DNA from: Octopus sinensis
Taxonomy: Eukaryota
NCBI RefSeq assembly: GCF_006345805.1
Contig: NC_043005.1
Location: forward strand, 16,058,001 to 16,122,000
Direction: 5' to 3'
Length of the DNA: 64,000 bases
Shown in pieces: positions 1 to 13,096 of the stretch. A program made the position numbers and the translations under genes. Under the pieces are notes generated by a model, which saw nothing but the letters and a program-made list of their open reading frames with translations, searched no databases and had not been told where the DNA came from. Positions within the stretch are counted from its first letter, which is position 1; each line of letters begins with the position of its first letter.

Positions 1-379
1 GTGTGTGTGTGTGTGTGTGTGTGTGTGTATTAGAGAAGGTGAGATAACAAAACCAAGGCTCTAAAGAGTTTTCAGGACATTTATAAAGAAAAGGGTATAG
101 ATATAGTCTTACAGCTGTTTCTGGGTTATTATGCATATCCCTTCAGAGACGATGTGAGATGTTTAAATAGAGGTAAATATTTGAGTTCGAAATAAGGAAT
201 TATTATGGAAAAGGAGGAGATATGGAATACAGAGGGAAATAAGAGAATGAAAGTAGAAAAAAATAAAATATATAATATATATATGTGTGTGAGTGTGTGT
301 GTATTTATGTATGTATGTATATATTTACATATATATATAAATGTATGTATATATGTATATATATATATATAATATATAT

Positions 380-414
<35 letters not shown>

Positions 415-417
<3 letters not shown>

Positions 418-845
418 ATAGAAATATTAAAATTACTAAGTCTCTCTACAAGAGATCGCGACAGCGCTACTGGAAATTAATTGATATCGCCATACTAATA
501 TGGTAGTCTTTTAGAGAGACTTAGTAATTTTAATATTTCTATTATTGAAAACAAGTGGTATATTCCACCGAAACTAGGTAAATAAAGGCCTTCGAACAGA
601 GACGTTAGTGGCGACGCTTGCTGGGTCTGGCTACGCTACATTGACAAAGGGCAAATACCCTGAAACGCGTCTGTAGCTGTTGGACTAGCAGTGTGAAGCG
701 GCTCACCTCCCTTATTCGAAGGCTTAAAGTGGATACAGTTTGTGTATCAAGTAGCTATCTTAAGGCGGATGGCCTCATGGAGCTAATAAGCGACAGTTTT
801 AGTCTTATATAAGACTACCATATTAGTATGGCGATATCAATTAAT
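415..845 (+). mobile_element. Penelope-like pseudo-LTR / retrozyme-like unit with an inverted partial duplication
   Basis: Bounded by (AT)n. Two perfect inverted pairs: 415-448/512-545 (34 bp) and 476-510/811-845 (35 bp). Contains a hammerhead fold at 635-677. Inverted partial pLTRs plus hammerheads are typical of PLEs. Confidence 0.6.
635..677 (+). ncRNA. Minimal type-I hammerhead ribozyme, U3-A8 core variant
   Basis: GCTACA TTGACAA AGGG caaata CCCT GAAAC GC GTC TGTAGC: stem I GCTACA/TGTAGC, stem II AGGG/CCCT, GAAA, minimal palindromic stem III (ACGCGT), GUC triplet. C3U and G8A are compensatory. Confidence 0.75.
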
Positions 846-1027
846 ATATATATGTTTGTATTGGCTTATGTTTTTCACTGTTTGATTTGCCTAATAGTGG
901 TTTTATCTCTAATTTAATATAATATAATATAATATATTTATACTATAAAATTGGATTTAATCCTAAATCTAATTTTTCCCTGTAAGTTTGGATTTATTCC
1001 CTATAGTATTATATATTATATATATAT

Positions 1028-1060
<33 letters not shown>

Positions 1061-1069
1061 GTTTATATT

Positions 1070-1113
<44 letters not shown>

Positions 1114-1495
1114 CTCGCTCACGTATACACACATACTCAAGATGAGTCACGTGTTCCCTGACCATTTTAACTTTATGTATTATTCAAATACGCAAAAGAA
1201 TTTTGTGAACACACTGTATATTTATGTGTTTGCAAAATTTCGTGCTAACATATATGCAAACATATATACACACATTGGTCGTCATGCCGTCTGTCTGTCG
1301 TTTCTGAATGGAACTAAACATCCCACATAACATTTTCCTGTGTCTATTTTGTTTTTTTTCTTTTCTCTCTCTTTATGCCTTTCCTTCGGTGTGCCTGTCT
1401 CCTTCCTGTGCAGTTTATTTCCAGATGCCAAGATTGAAAATTTCATTATGTATAACATAGCGTTTACATACGTACATACATATTCTATGCTAATT

Positions 1496-1548
<53 letters not shown>

Positions 1549-1789
1549 TATATATACTCTTTTACTTGCTTCCGTCATTTGACTTTGGTCATGCTGGAGC
1601 ACCGCCTTTAGTCGACCAAATATTATATATATATAATATTTAATAATAATAAAAAAAAAAACAATGTAAAATTTATCGTTACTCACCAATAATGAATGAT
1701 ATTGATTTAAGACTATGATAATGAAAATAATGAAGGTAATGATTGCACATTAAAGAAAATCTAAAGCTCTTCAGGTTTACGCCTCTCCT

Positions 1790-2966
1790 TCAGGTGTTTT
1801 AGGGGGATGTCGTATCTTCCTGCAAGGCTTTTGTTGATGGGCTTCAGGAACATTGCGATGGGGATTTGCTGTCGTTGTTTCTTCATGGTGGTGAGGAGAG
1901 TTTTATATGTCTGCATGGTCGCATCAGTGGTATTTTTATATTGGAGAGACAGAACGGTCTAGGGATCCCGTGCTTCCACCTTCCCTTGCAATTCCTTTGC
2001 TGTCCTTAAAAGGTTGGACACACTTTCGATTGTCAAGCGCACCTCAACTTCCTCTTCTGGATCCGGCGCTTCCTCCTCTTCGCTGGCAGACTTAGTTAAC
2101 TCCAACAAAGCTTCGTCTGTCAGCGTTTCAGGATGGGAATCGATGAGATTGTTGACCTCATCTTGCGTGATGTCGTCAAAACCTTCACCTCCAAGTACCT
2201 TTACCAGTTTCACCGCATTGTTGACAGCCTCGTGCCGAATATCTTCAGTTGAGAAGCCCTCGTAGTCCTGGACAGTCTCTGGCCACACCTTCTTCCAGCA
2301 TGCGATGTGGGTCTGTTTTTTCATGTCTTTAAGAGCAGCATCGATGACTGACAGGCACGTTGCGATCTTGAAGTTATGTCAGTACTCCTTTAACTTGAAA
2401 TTCTGATCCGAATCTATTGCGTTCACAAGGTGTTGGAGAGAGAGCCGAGTGTAAAGCGCCTTGAAGGCACGGATCACACCGTGATCCATAGGCTGGATGA
2501 GGGAGATGGTTTTAGCAGGGTACATCCGGTAAATGGGCAACAGGTTTTTATTATTATTTTCGAAGGCCCTCGGGTTCGCGGCCTTGCAGATAAGTCCTGG
2601 TTTCATCATGAAGCCAACAGCATTGCCACACATAATTAGCGTCACTCTGTCCTTCTGTGCCTTAAACCTCGGGGCTCTGGCTTCATCCTTCATGACGTAC
2701 GTTCTGGAAGGAATCTTCTTTCAGAACAAGCCAGTCTAGTCCATATTGAAAACTTGTTAAATAACTGTTAATTAAAATTATGGATGTGAAAAATCTCCGT
2801 TCTCCTTATCATTATTAATATTATTACTTACCCTATAGAACATATGCAGTCCTGAACAGGTAACTCGGATTTACCATGCGAAGAAAAGGTTTCAGACCCT
2901 AAGAACTTATTGTTAACTTGAGTACCACATAATCACCATTCTGGTTACCCGTCATCTGAACGTCTG
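1790..2966 (-). mobile_element. Tigger/pogo (CENP-B/DDE_1, TIGD1-like) transposase relic
   Basis: ORF 2379-2693 has FKAQKDRVTL..CGNA.G..KP...NPRA and SLIQPMDHGVIRAFKALY; ORF 1959-2324 has ACWKKVWPE and an acidic C-terminus. The central DDE part is deleted and there are stops. Possible end CTG-TA at 2964-2968. Confidence 0.8.
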
Positions 2967-4415
2967 TATGCAATGTAAAATCTGGCACAGGGGAACATAC
3001 GGAAGCGGAGGAAAATGCATGAACGTATATATATATATATATATACACACACATAGATATATTTTTATACACTTATATTTTTATATATGTCATATGTATG
3101 TAAGCATATCCCTCTTACACCCACTCTCTCTCTCTCTTTCTCTTCCCCCCCTCTCTCTCTCTTCATCTTCAGAAAAATATGGTGTTCTTATGAGTAGTTA
3201 AATAAATTTCAGGGAAAATAGTAGTATTGAATCTGCTCGTTCTACATTCCTGCTATTAATGGTAGTTCATTATCCTCCAAGCCTTGTGTCAACAGTAATT
3301 AAACTTTCTAGGACTTTCTGAGACTTGTAAATTTTTTATCAGTATTCTTATATAAAAATATAGACATTGTAAGTCTTGTCTACCGTCTCAATCAACCAAT
3401 AAAAAGTCAAAGTCCTCTTTTGAAAACTCACTCGAAGTAGAGGCTATGAGAATATTACCATTCCAAGTACTTCCTATTACAATTCCTTGTTTAAGATTTG
3501 AGACTGTTTATCATCCGCAAACCTACTTTACAATATCTTCCTAGGAAATGATACCACGCCTAATTGAAGAATTCATGACGAAAGAATGCGCTCATTTATT
3601 GTTTTCGTTTTTACTCTATTCTTAATATCTTCGTTTCCGTTTGCTTAATCTTCTTCTCAGACAAATTCAGAATAAATACATAACAAAATCCATGATAAAT
3701 TATCACGTTCTTATCACTTGGTACACTTTCAGAAACAACAGAAATGTTAATTTAAAATGATATAACCAACAATTGATACAAATGATAAATGTCTTGCTCA
3801 AGGATTTGTTCTTTCATACATACGGCCATTTTCAAAATGTCCAGAACTTTACCAAATAACAGCTGCTTTCTTCTTGTTGCTACTGCTACTGCTTAGTCCC
3901 AGGTACTGCTTAGTCCTACTGCTACTGCTTAGTCCCTGTTGAAGTTTAACTATAATAAAATATTCTTTATGTTTATCTTGTCTGTCTCAGTGTATCTCTC
4001 ATTTCCTAAAGACTGTGGTGTGTGATTTGTGAAATATTTGGCTGCTATTTTTTACAGGGCACACAACAGAATTTGCGTCCAAAGTGCAGAGGCATAGAAA
4101 TAAGATTTGAAGTAAAGTCAGCAGTTGAGATTTGATGATGTGAAATGAATCTACATCGGTGAAAAAGTGACGTGATACGTAAAAAGAGAAATTCGAGTTT
4201 TTATGCACATTTTCTGTCTTTACACAATACGAATGCTGTTCCATTGTTTGTAGGATCGACGAAACAAGTAATTAATCCAGTGAGAGATAAGTATTATTTA
4301 ATAAACACAGGATTTACATGTGAGCTACAAAAAGTTCCATGCTCAGGTAGTACATCCTGCAATCGTTCATGCACGCATACATACATGCATAGATACATAC
4401 ATACATACTTATGAA

Positions 4416-4636
4416 GGCGGTGAGCTGGCAGAAACGTTAGCACGCCGGGCGAAATGCGTAGCCGTATTTCGTGTGCCGTTACGTTCTGAGTTCAAAATCC
4501 GCCAAGGTCGACTTTGCTTTTCATCCTTTCGGGGTCGATAAATTAAGTACCAGTTACGCACTGGGGTCGATGGAATCGACTTAATCGCTTTGTTTGTCCC
4601 CTCTGTGTTTAGCCCCTTGTGGGTAGTAAAGAAATA
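4416..4636 (+). mobile_element. tRNA-derived SINE family A (head + core + tail 1)
   Basis: A-box-like TGAGCTGGCAGAA, B-box GAGTTCAAATCC, core GCTTTTCATCCTTTCGGGGTCGATAAA, tail ending GTAAAGAAATA; many near-identical copies in the window. Confidence 0.85.
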
Positions 4637-5001
4637 TACATACATACATACATGTATGCATACATACATACATACATGCATACTTACATGCATACATGCA
4701 TACATACAGGCATACATGCATACATACATACATACATGCATGCATACATACATACATGCACGCATACATACATACATACATACATAATACATACATAATA
4801 CATACATACATACACACATACATACATACACACTACACACATCACATACATACATACATCACATAATACATACATACATACATACATGCATACATACATA
4901 CATACATACATACAGCACATACACACATACACACATACATACATACATACATACATACATACATACATACATGCATATATACATACTTACATACATACAT
5001 A
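4637..5001. repeat. (CATA)n microsatellite
   Basis: Direct reading. Confidence 0.95.
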
Positions 5002-5559
5002 CCAATGTTGAGAAATTAGGCTTCTCAAAACCAGAAAGGAGAAAGCTGATTCAGAAACTACTGGGACCGATACACTCGACTATAAATTCTTCAAGGTTGT
5101 GCCCTAGCATGGTCGCAGTCTAATGATTAAAACAAGTAAAAGATGACGCATAAAAAAATACATGTGTATATATACTCAGTAAAATACATACTAAAATACT
5201 GGGCAGAGAAAACCACGTAAAATTTCCGTATCTTCTTGCAGTCAAAATTTCGGGTACGACAATATGGCGCATATAGATATCGAACAGAATGCTACGTAAT
5301 TGCAAAGCCATATCGTCTAACCACATAGCAGCATCTCCGCGCTTATGCATTCATAACTTATTCATTTTCTAAATGGAAGTGTGTGAACAGTTGGACAAAT
5401 TATACGAATAAATATGAATATACAAAATTGCTTAGTTGGCTATGGTTGTAAGCAGGTCATGTTCCCTTCTTATATACAATAGTCTGCGTGTTTGGATAGC
5501 TCATGCTCCCTCTCTCTCTCTTTCTCTCACTCTCTCTCTCTCTCACCATATATATATAT

Positions 5560-5606
5560 ATAATATATGTATAGACATATATATGAATGTAAAAATGTAT
5601 ATATAA

Positions 5607-5639
<33 letters not shown>

Positions 5640-5657
5640 TGTATGTATGTATGTATG

Positions 5658-5703
<46 letters not shown>

Positions 5704-5766
5704 ATATATATATATATATAGATATATATATATATATATATAAGGAATAGATAAATAAATAGATAA

Positions 5767-5808
<42 letters not shown>

Positions 5809-6855
5809 GGAAGGATAGATAGATAGGTAGATAGATAGATAGATAGACACATACATTCATACATATATGTACATACATGCAAATACATACACAAACACAC
5901 ACACACATATATATATATAAGTATACACACAAAGGCGGTTGCAGGCTCAAACAGTGAAGACACGTGTGTGTGTGTGTGTGTGTGTTTGTGTGTAACGAGA
6001 AGGAAGAAGAGAGAGAGAGGAATTAGACAGATTAAGGGATGAGGACTTAGAGCTAAGAGAAGGAAACGTGAGCAATGGGGAGTTTGCGATGATGAGGATT
6101 GTACGATGCTGGTGGTGGTGATGGTGCTGCTGCATAGTAGTGTTAATAATGGTGGTGGTGGTGGTGGTGAGTTGTACTCGGTGACGGTGGTCTTGATGTT
6201 GGCACTATCAGTGATGGTGGTGGCTGCAGTGGTGATGGTAGTGGCAGTAGTGATGGTCACATTGGTGCCTTTAGTGGTGGTGGTGATGCTGGCATCGTTG
6301 GCAGTCTGATGGCAGCGGTGGTGGTGATATGATAATAGTAATGGTAGTGGTAGCCGAAAAATGCTGGTGGCGGTGGTGGTGGTGGTGGTGGTGGTGATGG
6401 TGGTGGTGGTGGTGGAGATGGTGGTGGTTTTGGTGAGTTGTGTTAATGTCCTTCACCGCCATATCTGATGAAACAAACACAATGGCTGAAGTCTAAACAC
6501 TTGCGTAACTGTATAACATTCTGCTGTGTCATTGAAATTGGAGAGTTTTTTTTTCTTTAAGCATACATAAACATACACACGCATATGTGTGTGTATGTTT
6601 GTGTACATATATATATATATATGTATATGTAAGCATGTATGTATGTATGTATGTATGTATATATACATATATATATACTTATATATATATGTATGCATAT
6701 ATATACATATATATATATAAGTATACATACATATGTACAAGTATATATATGAATCTATATATCTGCATATATATAAGTGTATATAGATACACACACATAC
6801 TCGCAATTGCATACAATCGTATAGTCACCCCCATTATATATATGCATATATATAT

Positions 6856-6935
<80 letters not shown>

Positions 6936-7210
6936 CACCCACACATATACGTACGAGTCTGTGTGTGTCTGTGTCTAAATATATATGTATATAGGAATAT
7001 TTACGTAAATATGTATACAAACATATATGTACTGTATATGTATGTAGATCTGTGCATGTATGTATATATGCATACACACACTCTCACACACATACACACA
7101 CGCATACACACACGCTGTCACACCCACACATATTTTGTTACTCTGTTCCAGCGAAATGCTTACTATCATTATTATTATTATTATTATTATATTTATTATT
7201 ATTATTATGA
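5560..7210. repeat. Compound low-complexity block: (TATG)n, (TATC)n/(GATA)n, (GGT)n, (AT)n, (ATT)n
   Basis: Direct reading; explains the poly-H/T/V/YI ORFs in the track. Confidence 0.9.
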
Positions 7211-7586
7211 ATGATTTATCATCTGACATTATTAGTTCAGACGACCATTAATGTTTCGAAACCATTTTTGCCTCGTATTTACACCGAAGAAGTAATAATG
7301 TCGCTTTATTCACTGCACTTTTGCTGTAGACAGCAAGGGATGATGGAGATGTCTTGGGTGCTCATCAAAATCGTGTACCCCAGATTTCAAATCGCTTCAC
7401 TGTAAACTTCCTACGGTTTACATTCATAATTCGTAATGGTGCTCAGTGGAAATAGCTGAAGCGGAATTCAGTAGAAGAGTAATAATGGTGCTGATATATA
7501 TATATAATATATATATATATAGATGCATGTATTTTATGTACGTATGTATGTATGTATTATATATGCATGTATGTATGTATATATAT

Positions 7587-7639
<53 letters not shown>

Positions 7640-7648
<9 letters not shown>

Positions 7649-8348
7649 GAAAAATACAAACTGGGACAAGAACGTAAAACATTTAGAAGACGATACAAAA
7701 AACAACGGACGGGACATTCGAAGCCTTCAATCTTCAGTCAAGAACCGGATAATCCTCGCAATTTCGGCTGATTAATCTTGAGATCGCTCCGATCCGGCCA
7801 GCCCCAAGGAAAAACCAAGCTACGAGCATTAGATTTCTTAGAAAAAGGATCGAATGTATACGAAACAAGGACAGAAAAACGGACGGAGCCACACGAATAT
7901 AAATACAAAAAACAATAATAGTGAAAACAGGACAAAAACAGCGGATGTCTTACGACTATAGACAGTACAACTTAGTTTAACTGGCGTATTTGGAAAAAAA
8001 TGCCTTTTTCGGCAGACGAAGATAACGATGTTCTCGTGACGCTGGTTAGAAGCCGAAAGGCTGGTTGACCAGCGGTCACGTGAGAGGAGAAGAGAGAGAA
8101 GAAAAGGGGGCAAAGGAATCAAAGAGAGAGAGAGAGAGAGAGAGAAAAAGAGGGACGAAGGCACCAAGGGGGGAGAAGAGAGAAAAAGAAGGAATTAAAG
8201 AGGGGAGAAGAAAGAGAGCGTGCCAAGGATTGGCTTGGTGACAGAATCAGTGAGGTGCAAAGTGAGAAAGACAGAGAAATATGAGAGAGTGGGGGAAGAG
8301 GAGACCAAAAAATCAGAGGCAAGGAAAGAGAAAAGGAGGAGGAGAAGT

Positions 8349-8395
<47 letters not shown>

Positions 8396-8515
8396 CAGAT
8401 CAAAGTAGAGTGCAAAGTGTGAAAGGCAGAGAAATGTCGGAGAGAGAGACAGTGTTATAGAGTCGTACCAAATTTATATATATGTATATATTATATATAT
8501 TTACATATATATATG

Positions 8516-8559
<44 letters not shown>

Positions 8560-9140
8560 TATATATATATAGTGTAATAAATAAAATATATGCATCATAC
8601 AAACATATATGTACGTACCGACATCTACATGTAGATATACATGCATATATAAATATATATACGTACAGGACACCACAAAAAGACGTAAACCTCAACAGAA
8701 ACGAAAACGGAAAAGCCATTTTGTTAGAACAGAAGGACAGAGACGTGGAACAGGACATGCTACACAAGGAAAAATCCCCTTCATCAGCTGTCACTAGTAG
8801 ACTTAGCGTGTTTCGAAGGCAAGACAGGACACGAGAGAATTAAAATAAAATAACCTCGCAGAGGGGTAAAACAAGCACGAAAAAAATGTAACACAAACGG
8901 GACGTAACAATAGAACTGCACAATAAAATACAAGATAAAAATACAAAATTAAAAATACATGTACAAGAAAATACAAAACGAGAAATAAAATACAATACGA
9001 GAAATCAAAATAAACAAGAAAACAAACGAAAAAAACAAACGAAGGCCTTTGTTCTGGCTGGGATGGAAGAGGTACTGGCGAGCGCAGGGAAACTTGACCT
9101 TACGGCCTGAAAGCAACGTGCAAAAGGATTAGCAGTGACG
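7640..9140. repeat. Unclassified interspersed-repeat relic(s), possibly Penelope-associated, split by (GA)n/(AT)n
   Basis: A-rich non-coding sequence with CTGANGA half-motifs on the minus strand (7731-7737, 8781-8787); family assignment is inference. Confidence 0.3.
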
Positions 9141-9221
9141 AAAGTGAGGAGGAGTGAGAGAGAGAGATAGATAGAGGAAGACACGCGATATATATATATA
9201 TATTTATATATATATATATTT

Positions 9222-9709
9222 AACAACAATTGAGGAATGACCTTAATAGGCCATTTGACCCACTAGAAAGAGCAGCCAGGACTCAAACCGCCAAGTAGTA
9301 GTAATTCAGAAATTAGAGAAAATTTTAAAGCATTTACTCTAAATCATCTTTAGACAATGCATTGTTTCGGTGTTTTTAATGGCAAACCAGCTTGTTGGCG
9401 CGAGTACGATGGTTTTGAAAATTTTAGGGCAGATATTCCTAGGGCATAGATACAGCTGCCTCGTGTATATCCGTCTCTCCTGGCCTCTTTACCGATGAGG
9501 TGTAGCCTTTGGTGGACTGACTTAATTTAATTTAATTAAGCTGGTTTGCCATTAAAAACACCGAAACAATGCATTGTCTAAAGATGATTTAGAGTAAATG
9601 TTTTTAAATTTTCTCTAATTTCTGAATTACTACTACTTGGCGGTTTGAGTCCTGGCTGCTCTTTCTAGTGGGTCGAATGGCCTATTAAGGCCATTCCTCA
9701 ATTGTTGTT
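9222..9709. mobile_element. Fold-back element with 172-bp inverted arms (Penelope-like inverted pLTR)
   Basis: 9222-9393 is the reverse complement of 9538-9709 with about 4 mismatches; 144-bp spacer; flanked by AT-rich simple sequence; hammerhead at the spacer/right-arm junction. Confidence 0.75.
9486..9584 (+). ncRNA. Type-I hammerhead ribozyme, U4C core variant, long loop II
   Basis: TCTTTA CCGATGA GGTGT [54 nt] ACACC GAAAC AATG CATT GTC TAAAGA: stem I TCTTTA/TAAAGA, stem II GGTGT/ACACC, palindromic stem III, GUC triplet. Confidence 0.7.
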
Positions 9710-9803
9710 GAATTTATATATATAGTCTTTGACTATTTTCTCTTTCTCACTAGACCGCTGGTGGCGATAAATTTCTATTGAATTTTTTGCTACCCTATAT
9801 TGA

Positions 9804-9851
<48 letters not shown>

Positions 9852-10221
9852 CATATATATGTATGTATATATACATATATATATAATATATATATGTATG
9901 TATATATGTATATACATATATTTACACATATATGTATATAAATATACATATACACGTATATATATAGGTATATACATATACATACATATATATATATATA
10001 TAATATATATATATATATAATATATATATATATATATGTACAAGTGTATGTTTATGATGAAAAACGGATGAACCAATCAAAACGACGGCTGTAGAGACAT
10101 ACAAATATACATACACTGATAGGGACACACACATACATACACACACGTATACATACACACACGTATACACACACACAAACACACATACACACACAAAAAA
10201 CGTGCGCGCGCATATATGCAT

Positions 10222-10620
10222 ATATACGACGAGCAGTCAGTTTCTGTCTACCGAATCCACTCACAAGGATTTGGTCGACCCGAGGCTACAGAAAACACTT
10301 GCCCAATGTGCCAAGCAGTGAGACAGAACCAGGAACTATGTGGTTGGGAAGAAAGGTTCTTACCACGCAGCTAGATATGTATATATGTGTGAGTGTGAGT
10401 ATATGTGCGGGGGGTGTTTATGGGAGTTTTTGTGTCTGTGCATGTATCGCACCGCTTGACAGCCGTGTTGGTGTGTTTACGTCTCCATAATTTACCAGCA
10501 AAAGCGTTTGTTAGTATAAGTATCAGGCATACAAAAAAAAAGTAAGTACTGGAAGCGGTACATTCGGCTAAAACCTCTTCAAGGTGTTGCCCCAGTTTGG
10601 CCGCAGTCTAATGACTAAAA
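10222..10620. mobile_element. SINE family B fragments: head on the minus strand (10222-10370), 3' half on the plus strand (10435-10620)
   Basis: Match to the full copy at 22043-22435. Confidence 0.7.
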
Positions 10621-10827
10621 AGTGTCAAAAGTTCGTAAAAGGCAACGAAAATTTTAGAAAGAGTAAAAGAGTGGAAACTGAGGCGGTGCGTGTGTTAAAT
10701 GATAAGGCACTAAAAGAGAATGACTCTCCCCAGACACAACAGACTACACTGCAACACACGAACTCATAAAAATAATCTTGCAAACGAAATCCCAAAACGA
10801 AATATATAATACACACACACATATATA

Positions 10828-11036
10828 CAGTTGCGGCCAAAATGTTCAGAACGGCATTGTTTTCGCCAGAAAAGTAGGTATAAGTTTTTATCAAAGTTGT
10901 TTTATATTCTATAATTTTCACAGACAATAAATACGATATTAATTGTTATTGTCTGAGATTTTGGTGTAATTTGAGAGGATAATACAAAAGTATTCTGGCG
11001 AAAACAATGCCGTTCTGAACATTTTGGCCGCAACGG
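10828..11036. mobile_element. Tc1-type MITE
   Basis: 44-bp TIRs CAGTTGCGGCCAAAATGTTCAGAACGGCATTGTTTTCGCCAGAA (1 mismatch), TA on both sides; 209 bp. Confidence 0.85.
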
Positions 11037-11047
11037 TATATATATAA

Positions 11048-11172
11048 GCGCAGGAGTGGGTGTGTGGTAAGTAGTTTGCTTCCCAACCACATGGTTCCAA
11101 GTTCAGCCCCACTGACCAAACCCTTGTGAGTGGATTGCGTAGACGGAAACTGAAAGAAGCCCGTCGTATATA
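11048..11172 (+). mobile_element. SINE family B head with internal deletion
   Basis: Match to the 22043 copy; followed by about 350 bp of (AT)n. Confidence 0.75.
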
Positions 11173-11193
11173 CTACATACATACATATATATA

Positions 11194-11281
<88 letters not shown>

Positions 11282-11364
11282 TATAAATATATATATATAT
11301 ATTTATATATATATATAAATATATATATATATATTTATATATATATATATACATAAATATATAT

Positions 11365-11395
<31 letters not shown>

Positions 11396-11399
11396 ATAT

Positions 11400-11510
<111 letters not shown>

Positions 11511-11596
11511 TATATATATATAATTTCCTTTAAAGATAGTAGGCCCCTTCATCCCACCATATAAAAGAATTTTAATTTAAATACTACTTATATCTT

Positions 11597-11691
11597 GGCT
11601 AAACGTGTTTCTTGAGGTTCATTTCCTGGTTCCTTAACCACGCCGTGTTTTGTTGGAACCTTTCTTAAAATATAACCCCAATCATCAGGCC
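11597..11691 (-). ncRNA. Type-I hammerhead ribozyme in the 3' region of the Penelope-like element
   Basis: Minus strand: GGC CTGATGA TTGGGGTT [54 nt incl. GGTTCC/GGAACC] AACCTCAA GAAAC AC GTT TA GCC. Intact CUGAUGA/GAAA, 8-bp stem II, GUU triplet, imperfect stem I; about 760 nt downstream of the GIY-YIG stop. Confidence 0.6.
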
Positions 11692-12451
11692 CCTATATCA
11701 CTTTCTCATAGTTCAATACTATAAACTATATTTTAATTTTTTAAACAAATAAATATGTGTAAATAGGTTCGCAGGACCCTGTTGTACAAGCCATAATTTA
11801 ATTCAAATAAGAAAATTACAAAAAATAAAAATAAAATGAAAGTTGAAAATTACAAAAAATAAAAATAAAAATAAAAATAAAAATTTGCAAAACCTATGTT
11901 CTCACGTAACTTATGTCTATAAATATAAAATTAGTAATATAAAGGGATAAAAATAAAATAAAATATTTACTTGAAAGAAATGGCAAAAAAACCCCAATAT
12001 ATTCGAATAAAAATGGAAGCAAAGACGAATAAATATTTTCGAATAAAAATATGGTACGAATGACAAGATGTAAAATTTGCAAATGATACGAATGATACGA
12101 ATGATAACAATTAAAAATTTCCAAAGTAAAAATAACTTAAGGGTAACGTAAAGGAGTATATACAAATCATCGTTGACTCCAGTGTCCTACTACGTCTTAA
12201 TTACGACTTGACATCGCAAGTTCCAGCAAACTACTACATACACACCTACTTCCCGCTTCTTTTAAACTAATACTTAATTAACATATTATCTTAATAGTAA
12301 CCATGGTCCAGGAAATACAAAGATGCATCATGAGAACATTACTTTTTTATTTCGTATTATTCTGTATTATTCCCACCCTTTGTTCACTGCTATCCCTCTC
12401 CACATCTAATGGTAAGTTAATTTAACCTAGTACGTTCATATTGCTTTAAAT

Positions 12452-13096
12452 TTAGGGTTTGGCATTATTAATTAGGCATTTCAGTCTATGTTTACATTTA
12501 ATTTTTCTTTCCTCCTGAGCATTTAGAAGCCCTGTTTTATCCCATAATATCTCCATGAATTCATGGGTACATAACAGACATAACCTATTTCCAATTCTAT
12601 ACGATTTCGCTTTACATATTATATCCCACTTTAATTCATTATTGATCTCTTTCGACTTTAAACTCCAATCGTATTTACTTCGTCCTGTCGAATTCATAAG
12701 TTTCTTATTTTTACATGAATTCAAGTGCTGTGCTATTCGTTGGTTAATTTTATTCGATGTTGACCCTATATTCGTTCTATCTGGATAATTTACAATATCC
12801 GTATTATTTATTCCACTATTTTCATTTCCATCTACTTTTACAGAAACCACGCATTTATATACTACATCACTTACATTACATCTTCCATTAAGTTTACAAT
12901 GGTTTTTATCCATACAGTTACAACTATTACGGTCTCCAGCCCTCCTATTCAGATGCTTATTTAATTTATCATAGTAATATTTATTCAGCCTATCCTTATT
13001 TATTGATGAAATAATTTTCCCTACATTGTTAGTAGTTGAATACCCCATTCCTATATTATTTTTAGAGAATATTTCCATATATTTTTTATTTTCCAT
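12452..13096 (-). pseudogene. GIY-YIG endonuclease domain of the Penelope-like element
   Basis: 214-aa ORF with PLE endonuclease motifs; the conserved YIG reads NIG. Confidence 0.85.

Noticed and set aside
4058-4111. Strong plus-strand acceptor TTTTTTACAG as an exon
   Set aside because: All frames stop within about 26 codons and the donor is weak.
7700-7742. Minus-strand CTGAAGA...CGAA
   Set aside because: No GAAA-stem III-UH and no stem I.
8749-8820. Minus-strand CTGATGA with stem I/II-like pairing and a nearby GAAACACG
   Set aside because: The type-I reading lacks GAAA (GTGTAGCATGTC); the type-II reading has a weak stem I and no UH. At best a decayed hammerhead.
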